From Asterias rubens (taxonomy: Eukaryota), in NCBI RefSeq assembly GCF_902459465.1, contig NW_022985740.1, positions 1-64,000 of the forward strand: a stretch of DNA of 64,000 nt. The letters are read 5' to 3'. Position numbers and translations under genes: made by a program. The notes beneath the pieces are model-generated. The model was given only the letters and a program-made list of their open reading frames with translations. It had not been told where the DNA came from and searched no databases. Below, piece after piece: positions 12,609 to 22,741 of the stretch (positions are counted from its first letter, which is position 1; each line of letters opens with the position of its first letter).

Positions 12609-12976
12609 GCATCTTGTTCACCAAAAGCGTATAAGCATTTTACAATAATATTCATAAATACACGGGATAGTTTATCTATTCTGATTGGTCGAGAAAAAAT
12701 CACACGGGCATGTTGAAATGTGCAACAATGGTGGGAAGTGCATTTTAACAATGGATGGTATGCAAGAATTTGCAGGTGCTTATTTATGCTTCATGCAATC
12801 AATACAGATTGGTACTCTATTATTAGTAAGCGTTGAGCATCGCATTTAATTTGACCATTCTCAAAATGGTGCCCAATGATGTGACAGAAAATGAAAATGT
12901 ACACTCAGACTTCATGCTCCCCCTTATTATTTTGGAAACTGCATTGGTTTTTTTAAAAGCATTCTATAGGTGTTTT

Positions 12977-13450
12977 GGTCTTAGAAGCATTAGATTGTTT
13001 GATTTGGGTTTTATTTTTGTTGTAGAAGCATTCAATTGTTTTTGGGGTCTTAGAAGCATTAGATTGTTTGATTTGGGTTTTATTTTTGTTTTAGAAGCAT
13101 TCAATTGTTTTGGGGGTCTTAGAAGCATTAGATTGTTTGATTTGGGTTTTATTTTTGTTTTAGAAGCATTCAATTGTTTTTGGGGTCTTAGAAGCATTAG
13201 ATTGTTTGATTTGGGTTTTATTTTTGTTTTAGGAGCATTCAATTGTTTTGGGGGTCTTAGAAGCATTACATTGTTTGATTTGGGTTTTATTTTTGTTTTA
13301 GAAGCATTCAATTGTTTTTGGGGTCTTAGAAGCATTAGATTGTTTGATTTGGGTTTTATTTTTGTTTTAGAAGCATACAATTGTTTTTGGGGTCTTAGAA
13401 GCATAAGATTGTTTGATTTTTGTTTTTGATTTTTGTTTTGAAGCATTTGA
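12977..13450. repeat. 69-bp minisatellite, ~6.5 copies
   Basis: Unit GGTCTTAGAAGCATTAGATTGTTTGATTTGGGTTTTATTTTTGTTTTAGAAGCATTCAATTGTTTTTGG. Its 23-codon period explains the two spurious ORFs here. Confidence 0.95.
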
Positions 13451-13977
13451 TTGGTTGATTTTTCGTCTATTGATTGTTTGATTTTTTTTTTTTTTTTGGG
13501 GGGGGGGGGTTCACTTAGAAGCATTCATGTGTTTGATTGTTTTTCTGTTGATTGTTCAACTGTTTTGGGGTTTAGAAGCATTTAATTTGGTTCCATTGTT
13601 TTAATCCAATAAAAATGTTTGAACGCAAAGTATACTTTTGAAAAGTATTCTTTGCCTTTAAACATTTTGTATCAATATGAAATCATTCATCATACCTGTA
13701 CACTTGTTAGAACAAACTTGATTCCTAACTTTTAACTGAAGTTACAAACACTGCTTGTTTGTAAGTAAATGACGTTTTACTTGGAAATACTTTTAATTTT
13801 GTAAGAAAGTGTAATAGAGAATGCATCATGTATTTTGAAAATAAAAGATGGAAAAGCTGATCAAAGAATTAATACATTGCAGCGGTTAAATTTTTGTGAC
13901 AATTGTGCCATTGCATCTTGTTCACCAAAAGCGTATATATATATATTGTGGTTTATTATTTTATATATATATATATA

Positions 13978-14159
13978 CAGTGACTAGGGTGACAGCTATT
14001 GGAGAGAAGGTACTGGTGGGTGTCGGTGGGTTTACTGTAAACATCTGTGACAAGGCCATTAGGAGACTTGGTTATTGTCACATCTAGAAAGTTCACACTG
14101 GTGAGAGATTGTTCGGTAGTGAACTTTATGGTGGGGTGAAATGAGTTGATATGGGCAAT
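13978..14159 (-). mobile_element. Penelope-like element reverse-transcriptase fragment
   Basis: Minus strand translates IAHINSFHPTIKFTTEQSLTSVNFLDVTITKSPNGLVTDVYSKPTDTHQYLLSNSCHPSH, with the hallmark PLE RT motifs (IKFT, FLDV, KPTDT.QYL, SCHP). Bounded by (TA)n. Confidence 0.9.
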
Positions 14160-14189
14160 AATATATATATATCAAATAATATATATATA

Positions 14190-14478
14190 TCAAATAATAA
14201 ACCACAAGGGAAACTGACTGGGAACATTTTTAAATGATTTTGGATTGAACAAAGAAAAATTGACTAGAGCGGGATTTGAACCAACGACCTCCGGTTTAAT
14301 GTGCCGTCGCTCTACCAACTGAGCTATCTAGCCCTATGTTGGTGGTCTCCAAATTTTGTCAATATCTTTGTTCGGGGGTGCCTGTCAGAAGCCATTAAAC
14401 CGCAAACTGCCGTGTAGCCAGGGATCACACCCGGGTAACGATACAACCTAGGAAGCGGCAGACAGGGGATCACCTGTC
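14190..14478 (-). mobile_element. tRNA-derived SINE-like repeat with a ~140-nt 5' leader
   Basis: tRNA-like segment at 14260-14334 (A box TAGCTCAGTTGG, B box GGTTCAAATCC). Homologous to 40952-41187 and 16336-16411. Confidence 0.75.
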
Positions 14479-14496
14479 TATATATATATATATATA

Positions 14497-15289
14497 ATGA
14501 ATAGGGTAGATGGCCTTAGCTTTCGATCCAATCCGGACCTTCTTCAGAGGCATAAAACAAGTACAAACAAATACATATCCATTTATAGAAAAAGAGAGGG
14601 GGAAAGGGATTAAGGAAAGGATCCAGAAAGAAGCGGGAAAATAACAGCCAATCAAAGTTTCTATTTCAGAGACAATATTGGTGGCTATGAACCAATAGGA
14701 GTGAAGTGGCGAGGACAAAGTATGTTTAGAATGAAAGGATGGGTTACTGGACCATAAAAGTGGTAAATGTATTGTTCGACAACAATGCAGGGAGACATGA
14801 AAGGGTAGGATCAGAGAGCAAGTTGCATCATGATGCAAGTAACAATGGTCAATTAATAAGAATAGCAAGATCAAAGGTATGATGATTTTAAAAATAGGTA
14901 TGAGGGACCTGTGGAAAAAAAGTGGGGGGGTGTTACTTACATCAGATAGTTACAGTGATGAATTTATAAAAACAACTTTAAACTAGATTAATTTATACTT
15001 TATGTACAGAATATATACAACATATAAGTTCTTAGGCAGAAGTGAAGTGGAGGGTAATGAGAAGTTATTTAACACCAGTGTTTATGTTAAGTCCAAAGGG
15101 TTTGACTGTCTTGAGTTGGTGAATCCAGTGTGATTCTCTATTCTTACGGTGTGTGTCATCACCATTGCAAGCTTCAATCACCAGAAGTTCAACATCAATG
15201 ACACTATGATTGGGGCTGTTGAAGTGGATAGAGACTGGGTACGGTTTCTTAGTCTTTATGGAAGAGACATGATTCGCAAAGCGAAGACT
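14497..15289 (-). mobile_element. 5'-truncated Penelope element: GIY-YIG endonuclease C-terminus plus pseudo-LTR
   Basis: 15289-15065 is open for 74 aa: SLRFANHVSSIKTKKPYPVSIHFNSPNHSVIDVELLVIEACNGDDTHRKNRESHWIHQLKTVKPFGLNINTGVK*. A pyrimidine-rich pLTR follows, with ATTGG and TATAAAT, ending in a hammerhead motif and (TA)n. Confidence 0.9.
14511..14552 (-). ncRNA. Minimal type I hammerhead ribozyme in the Penelope pLTR
   Basis: UGCCU-CUGAAGA-A-GGUCC(GGAUU)GGAUC-GAAA-GC-UA-AGGC: core CUGANGA/GAAA/UH, helix I GCCU:AGGC, helix II, and palindromic AGCU helix III. One extra A follows the core. Confidence 0.7.
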
Positions 15290-16335
15290 AATATATATAT
15301 ATATATATATATATTAAAAAAATATTCATACCAAGGGTCCATTCTGTATGGTCGAGAGGAGATCATATTGGCATGTTTAAATGTGCGAAATAAACATGGT
15401 GAGAAGTGTTTCAACATAATGCATGGCATGCAAGAATTTACAGGTGCTTATTAAATCAGGTAATGATTGCTGACAAACAATTGAAAATGTATGTACAGTA
15501 CTACTTGTACTTTTCATACATTACAAAGTACAGTGAACTTGAAAGCGTAAACTTTTGTTGTTGTTGCTGGATTAAAAACATTGACAACAAAGTGAAAAAT
15601 GCGTTTACTTCGAAACCATGGCTTGGCTAATGGCTTCAGCTACCACGTAGGATCACTCAGTTATTTTGAAAACATGCCATTTCAGTAAGGGACTTCAATT
15701 AGGCAGGCAGAGCACTGTTGCCAGAGCCAAAACCATAGGTTTTAAGCATGAATGTGACACTCTGAAAGACTGGCATCCAGACCGAGATTACTGTTCATTG
15801 CGTGACTAGGTACATTTGTAAAGGTAGGAGGAAATAACATGCGTGGGTGTTTTTGTTCAAAATCAATTCATGCTAGAATATGCAAACTCATAAAATGAGG
15901 TTGTTTTGTCTGAATGGCTTGACATCACTAGTGAAGTATGCCATTTCTCATCAAGGGAACCCCCTTTTGGGAATAGATTGAGCAATAGCAGCTGAACTTT
16001 TACATAAAAAAGACCAACAGACTTTATAACTTTCAGAATTTCATCCAGACTTCTACACTGACAACAGAAAGGAAAATTAACTTCGAATAGTAACTCAAAA
16101 ACATCTCTAAACATTTAGGATTGGTTTATGAAAACAGTACTTTGACTTCAAGGTGAGTATTAAGTGTTAAAAAAGCAAAGAACTAACTTTAAACCACTAA
16201 ATAAATTCAAATAGATTTTCCTAAAGTGGATTAAATCAACTACCAGATGTAGCCAATTGTGGATGAATTAAAAAGAAAACACAAAGGAAGCTGACTAGCT
16301 AAATTTCAACTAATTTTGAATTGAACAAAGAAAAG

Positions 16336-16411
16336 TTGACTAGAGCAGGATTTGAACCTGTGACCTCCGGATTATCATGCCAGTGAGTTTACCAACTGAG
16401 CTATCCAGCCC
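16336..16411 (-). mobile_element. Degenerate tRNA-like head of the SINE-like repeat, in the 5'UTR intron of copy 2
   Basis: GGGCTGGATAGCTCAGTTGGTAAA...GGTTCAAATCCTGCTCTAGTCAA followed by the same CTTTGTTCAA tail. Confidence 0.7.
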
Positions 16412-16535
16412 TGTGTTGAAGATCTCATGCACATTTAGTTTTTTCCTTGACGTTATATACCCTGACTTACGGACATTGCCGAGTATCAAGTTAATTCAGT
16501 TAATTTTGTTTCTTTATTGTTACTTAGAAATAAAC

Positions 16536-19500
16536 ATGGATGTTCAGCGTGGACATTGCTGGCGTTGTGAAGTTCAACTGGAACAGACCATTCACTGTCC
16601 TGATTGCAAGATGGCGGAGTATTGTAGCTCAACATGTGAACACAGAGACAGAGTTAGACATAGGAGTAGAGAGTGCCCGTTATTTGGAACAAGATCATGC
16701 AACAAATGCAATAAGAAGGGTACAATGAAACAGGTAGGATGTATGTTGGCTTCTCCATGTAGCCCTACTTGAAGGTAAAACCCACAAATCTTTTCGAAAA
16801 AGCCCATTCTTATATGTGGTTTCCCCACCATTGTGGTTTCCCCACCACTGGTCAGGGCAGAAACCACTAAAATCTGACATTTTGGGGGAAAAATACCACC
16901 TTTTTGGTAAAAATATGTCATAACCATGTCAATTCTCATCACACATATGCAAATTTGGTATCAAAATGATGAGAATTGCATGCTGAAATCAATTCTTTTG
17001 TCAAAAATAAATTTTCTGAAATGTAAGTCACTGTAATTTTTATTATGTTATCGTGACCTTTGACCCAGTTTTTAAAATAATGTATCATTCCAAAAATCAT
17101 TGAAATAAAATCACTTAATAGAGCATGTCTTCCTCTATCAGAATCCACTAAGAAACAGTTGGGCTCTTTAAAATTTACAACTTTATGACTATTTTTGTAC
17201 AAGTCACCATGATCTTTAATATGTTGTCGTGACCTTTGACCCAATTTTTGAAACAAAACACCATTCCAAAAATCAACAAAATAAAAATCACTTGATAGAG
17301 CATGTCTTCCTCTATCAGAATCAACCAAGAAACAACTTGGCTCTTCAAAATTTACAATTTTATGACTATTTTTGTACAGTTGTTAGGTTACAAATTAGTC
17401 AATTTATATACTTACATAATAAATCCACCAACAAAACTCACTCTTCTGTTTTTAAAGTTACTTAAAGTGTTCATGGTGTGATTTTTGTCTTGTTGATGGC
17501 TGATGTGGTTTAACCAGAACCAGAATTTAAATTATCAGCAGTGACGCACCCAGGATTTTTTATTTTGGGGGGTGGGCCATATTTTCCCCAAATATTTCTT
17601 TCGAAGATTGTAAAATCAAAAATCAAAACAAATCAAACAAACAAATTGAATACCTTGGAGGGCTGGGATCAATCCCCAAAAAGGTGGTATTTTACCCTAA
17701 AAATGTCAGATTTTAGTGGTTTCTGCCCTGACCACATGGTAAGTCCGATCGGGCTAAAAATTTGTGTGCATTCATTGCTCATTAGGACCTACAAGCACAG
17801 CAATTTTTATCCAAATCGGAAGACATGAGGTAAAAAAGTGTGTCGGTCTGACATGGAATGACCCATTTAGAAAAAAGTGTTACCTTCAGGCACTATCAGT
17901 ATCCCTATTTTACATCTTTTTGGTTCAAATCTAGGAATCACAAAAACATAATTTCCAAAATCAAGGTTTATATATTAAATCATTCATTCATTCTTTTCAG
18001 TGTGGAGGTTGCAACTACGCATGGTACTGTGACAAGGAATGTCAAAGAAGTGATCGGGCCAATCATAAGAAGTTATGCAAGAAGACAAAGGCAACTACAA
18101 CAACAGCAGCAGCTAAACTAACACAAAAACACATTTTGATGCGTACCGATAGACTTGGTGGTGCCCCTTATTATTTTGGAAACTGCATTGCTGAAGACTT
18201 CTTGCAACTTGCTAACAATGAATGGTCTGATGGGTCAATAAAGAAAACTGACTTGAACAGAGATTATCATATATTGTCAGCTGGTTGCGGAGACTTACGC
18301 AACACTGTCTTAACAGCAGCTTCCCTTCCTGCCAGGTACCAAGGAAGTCTTTACATCACTCTCAATGACTTTGACCCTTTTGTCATGGCAAGGAATGTCT
18401 TGTTTCTCTTTATGTTGGTTCGGTTTGCAGACACTGAGGGAATTGAGAGCAGTCTGACTACCATCTGGTACTCAGTTCACATTACAAAGAAAGAGTATGA
18501 CCTGATCAAGACCAGCTTGGATGAGCTCATTCAGATGACCCCTCAAAGCCTCCAAGAGGTCACTCAAGGGTTGGTCAAAGTTCAAGGTGGAGATCTTGCA
18601 GTCATGAGTCAAGTTTGGGACAAATGGAGATCACTAGAATGCCAACGAGGGAAACCATCCTCAATAAATCTCAGAAAACAAAGAAAAACTGCATTTGATC
18701 AATGTAATAAAGAAATTGGTAAGGGAAGGAAATTCATTCACACAAATTATTTAGAGTCATCCAGTGTTGAAAAGCAAATTGAAGAATGGTTTGACCATGG
18801 GATGTTCCTCCCCAAAGAAGAAAAACAAGAACTAATGTCATTTGATAACCCAACACTAACAGGGCGTGAAGCTGACATACCTCAGGGTTGTATAACTGAA
18901 ATGAAATTCTCAGTCACTCAAAATATAAGCCCAAAGGATTATGCCTTTGTGTACTGTATCAAAACATATTTACATCCCTTCAAAGTGTGGGATTGCTTGA
19001 GAGTGAGGGAGTCCGAGACCAGACCCTGCTCATCCCCTATGGTGATGTACCACAACTACATCACAAAACTCCTCCAGAAATTCAAACATCTCATCCAGCA
19101 ACAACGGCTTTCTTTCCAAATTTCTCTGGCTAACTGTATGGACTTTCCTTCGATTCATAAGTCTCTTAAAATGTCAAACTATGACAGGATATTCACATCC
19201 AATCTCAGTGACTACATCGGCTTTGCCAAGCTCCTGCAAAACTTCAAACCCCTTCTTAACCAAAGTAACCGCTCCTCAGTAATTGTTACTGAGACGATAA
19301 ACTGGATTGAATTTTTCCCTAGCGACACATCTGACAAAGTTGAACTAATTGCTGAATCATACTTAAAGGACACAGGCAGGAATCCTGCCACCCTTCTTGC
19401 AAACCTAACTGACGTAGCACCGCCTACCTGGTTAGAGTACTTCGACAATGCCCCTTACTTCATTGCATATCTGCGTGCACAAATCATGGCAGGGGGTCTT

Positions 19501-19701
19501 GGGATACCACCATTGACTTATTTGCCATCATTTGGTGAAGTGATGAAGTACAATGGTCTAGAAATGCGTGACTTTCGTAAGAAGCTGAATCGTCTTGTCC
19601 CATTTCAGTATCGAACCAATGCTCGTGACTTGACCAGAATAAATGCAACTGACAGAGCAGTAGAGTGGTATCTGCCACATCATCTCATCATCATCATCTA
19701 G
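16536..19701 (+). CDS. Copy 2 (type B): tandem MYND Zn-finger / DUF4470-like putative SAM-binding protein, 632 aa
   Basis: Exons 16536-16733 and 18001-19701, phase-0 GT-AG intron, no stops. Motifs CxxC..CxxC..YCxxxC..HxxxC, ILSAGCGDLRN, LNDFDPFVMARN, DRIFTSNLSDY. The last codons come from the LINE tail. Confidence 0.85.
16853..17730. mobile_element. Non-autonomous DNA transposon in copy 2 intron
   Basis: ~55-bp TIR beginning CAGGGCAGAAACCACTAAAATCTGACATTT. Flanking direct repeat ACCAC(A)TGGT. Internal ~176-bp tandem duplication (units begin 17053 and 17229). Confidence 0.75.
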
Positions 19702-21271
19702 GCATTGTCCATCCACTGCAGGATGTAGCCCTCTGTCAGATCTTTCCAGGTATGCCGTTCCTTTGCTATCCTTGTCCAGGTCCCCCCCACCAACGTTGTT
19801 ATGTCATCCCTCCATCTTTTCTTCGGTCTGCCCCTGGATCTTTTTCCTACTCGGGGTTGCCATTCTGTGGTTCTTATGGTCCATCTGTTATCTGTCATTC
19901 TTGACACATGGCCTGCCCACTTCCATTTCATTGTGCTGACATATTGGATAATGTCTTTGACTTTTGTTATATCCCTAATTGCTTGGTTGGGTATCCGGTC
20001 TTGCAGTTTAATCCCTAGCATCCTTCTTTCCATTGCTCTCTGCGTGGTGGCTAATTTCTTGTTTATCTGTTTGGTAGTTGACCATGTTTGGCATCCATAT
20101 GTTATTGTTGGGAGTACACATAGGTCAAACATTCTTCTCTTCAGGGAAATTGGTAGTTGTTTGTCGCATAAGATTTCTTTGTATCTTCCAAAGAGACCCC
20201 ATCCTGATTTGATTCTTATGGATACTTCTTCTTTGGTTGTGTCTTGCATTTTTAATGTTTGGCCAAGATACTTGTATTCATGCACTTTCTCTATAATGTC
20301 GTTATCGATTCTGACAAGACTTTGGGAGTCGATGTTGGTCATATATTTTGTCTTTCCTTTGTGCATTTTAAGTCCCAGTCGGTTGCTTTCTTTGTGGAGC
20401 CTGTTAAATTGTCTTTCCAGGCTTTCGATGGAGCTAGCGAATATAGCCACATCATCTGCAAATCGTAGGTTTGACAGCATCTCTCCATTGATGTTTATTC
20501 CTTCCTCCTCCATCTCTGCTTTCTTGAAAACTTCTTCAAGAGTAGCGTTGAAGAGTTTTGGAGACAGTGGGTCGCCTTGTCGGACCCCTCTGGATATCTT
20601 GATTTCGGTTGATATTTCATTGTCAAGATGAATTTTAGCTGTAGCATCTGAATATATATCTTCAAGGAGGTTGATGTAGGTTTCATTTATTCCTATGTTC
20701 CTTAATGCTCTAAACATTGCTGGATGTTCTATGGAGTCAAAGGCCTTTTCGAAGTCCACAAAGCCGATGTATAGTGGTAAGTTGTATTCGTTTGTCTTCT
20801 CTATGATCTGGTTAATTGCTTGCATGTGGTCTGTTGTTGAGTATCCCTTCCTGAATCCTGCTTGATCTCTTGGTTGATTCTCATCTAAGATCCTTTCTAT
20901 TCTGTTGTGTATTACTCTTATGAATATTTTGTACTGGTGCGAAAGAAGGCTTATTGGCCTATAGTTCTTAACTTCGCTTTTGTCTCCCTTCTTGAAAAGT
21001 ATGATAATTTTCGCTTCCTTCCAGTCTTTTGGAATCCTTGTTTTGTTCAGAATGTCATTGAATAAGGTGACCATTTCTTGAATGATTACTTCCCCACCTA
21101 CTACCATTATATCAGTTGTCACTTGATCAGTGCCTGGAGCTTTGTTTCTTTTCATTTGGTTTATAGCTGTTTGGACTTCCGAATGTAGAATTGGTGGTAT
21201 TTCTATTGCATCCGGGCTTGGTATATTTGTATCTTCTCCTGTCTCTACTTCTATTTTTGAAGCGTACAGTT
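19681..21271 (-). mobile_element. 5'-truncated RTE-clade LINE
   Basis: Intact RT frame, stop directly followed by an (ATG)n-type tail. The empty site CCACATACTGATCACTAA is seen at ~29270. Confidence 0.95.
19698..21269 (-). CDS. RTE-type reverse transcriptase (partial, 5'-truncated)
   Basis: Motifs KAPGTD, NYRPISLL, QAGFR, FVDFEKAFDS, GVRQGDPLSP, FADD, YKYLG, KWKWAGH, RSRGRPKKRW. The frame stays open upstream of the listed Met to the truncation point. Confidence 0.9.
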   Translation of the reverse strand: MYASKIEVETGEDTNIPSPDAIEIPPILHSEVQTAINQMKRNKAPGTDQVTTDIMVVGGEVIIQEMVTLFNDILNKTRIPKDWKEAKIIILFKKGDKSEVKNYRPISLLSHQYKIFIRVIHNRIERILDENQPRDQAGFRKGYSTTDHMQAINQIIEKTNEYNLPLYIGFVDFEKAFDSIEHPAMFRALRNIGINETYINLLEDIYSDATAKIHLDNEISTEIKISRGVRQGDPLSPKLFNATLEEVFKKAEMEEEGININGEMLSNLRFADDVAIFASSIESLERQFNRLHKESNRLGLKMHKGKTKYMTNIDSQSLVRIDNDIIEKVHEYKYLGQTLKMQDTTKEEVSIRIKSGWGLFGRYKEILCDKQLPISLKRRMFDLCVLPTITYGCQTWSTTKQINKKLATTQRAMERRMLGIKLQDRIPNQAIRDITKVKDIIQYVSTMKWKWAGHVSRMTDNRWTIRTTEWQPRVGKRSRGRPKKRWRDDITTLVGGTWTRIAKERHTWKDLTEGYILQWMDNA

Positions 21272-21604
21272 CTGATCACTAAATTATAGTAAGCAAGAGC
21301 AGGTTGACATTACATCATTAAGAGTCGTTATATAAAAATGACTTTCCAAACTGTCACCTGTAAGTGTTACCAAAATCAATAATCAAAGAAATAGCTTAGT
21401 TTCAACAAAAGGAAAAATGTCTATGTTGGAAAATTGATGATTAAATCATCGGACTAAGCATTTAGATTTAAATACCAACTTGGTTTTGAGGCAATTTTGT
21501 AATCCACTTTAACTTGAGGTAACTTAAAAATGTTTACACTTCATGCTTATGTATATATTACATAAACTGACAATCATTTCAAAGATAGATGGTATCACCC
21601 TAAT

Positions 21605-21805
21605 GTACCATCATTTGGTGAAATGATTAGGTAATGGTCTACAAATGCGTGACTTTTGTAAGAAGCTAAATGTGTGACTTTCGTAAGAAGCTGAATCTTC
21701 TTGTTCCAGTATTGAGCCAATGTTCATGACTTGACTCCAGTAATAAAAATGCAACTGGCAGAGCAGTGGAGTGGTATGTCCCACGTCCCACATACTGATG
21801 GCTAA
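21605..21805 (+). pseudogene. Degenerate duplicate of the exon-2 3' end
   Basis: CCATCATTTGGTGAAATG...GCAGTGGAGTGGTATG...CATACTGATGGCTAA with indels and an internal duplication. Confidence 0.85.
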
Positions 21806-22741
21806 CACAAAAAGAAGTTTGACTTAAGTTCAATATAGCTTATTCTGATTGGGTACATGTATATCGTACTGTAAAGAATCATACTACCCAACATTTTTAT
21901 GGAATATTTAATGAGGATTGAAGTGGTGTATTTACTCTTAAGTTTTTAGCATTAATTATTAATACGGATTTGCAAGCACCTCGTACATAAACTAAAGTTG
22001 TATAATGCCGCATAAATATAAGTAAGTTTTTTGCTTTCAAATGTAAATAACCATACAATTAAATACACAAGTATTGGTAAAGAGATCGTAAGTCAGTAAC
22101 CAAGTAAATTGATGTATAGCACCTGGGTCAACTTTTGTTCATTCAGTCAAAAAGTTGCGTAACTTGTAGGAAGGTTATGAAGAGTGCATTCTACTTGTGT
22201 CATTTTAACTTGGAGTATAGAGCGATCAAACACACCCCTTTAAACATTAGAGACCTAAATTGCTTGTATGACTCAGCGACCAGTAAAAAAAAACCACTCT
22301 AATATAATTGTAGCTTTAATAACAATCTGATCAAAGCCAGATTTTAAGTTATAGTATTTAGACTGTAGGAACATTTTCAGTTACAAAGCAGGGTCTAATC
22401 TCTGTGGACAAACAATGAGTACAATTGAAACTTTATGAAGAAGTTGTTGGCCTTCGTAGCCTACAATGTTTATGCAAATAAATATGCCTTGCATGCTTTA
22501 GTAATTAATAACAATGCATTTTGTGGTGAAGGGTCAAACACAGTAACTAATTTTGACTGTCTGTCAGATATTTTATGCTTTATTATCCAAACTGCTTGTT
22601 AATATTTGATGGTGATGGGCTATTATTAATGTTGGAACTAAGAGAGTTATTGTAATTAATTTTATTTGTTTATTTGTTTCAATGATGATTATAATTATAA
22701 CTTTATTAGCACTTTTTATAAAATCAATAAAAAGCGCTTAA

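Noticed and set aside
12833-13524. 198-aa and 186-aa repetitive ORFs on opposite strands
   Set aside because: Artefacts of a stop-free 69-bp minisatellite; no gene context.
14260-14334. Apparent tRNA genes (also 16336 and 41093)
   Set aside because: Mismatched anticodon stems, no U33, differing anticodons between copies, and shared non-tRNA flanks indicate a SINE-like repeat.
19801-20631. 276-aa plus-strand ORF
   Set aside because: Antisense shadow of the RTE reverse transcriptase.
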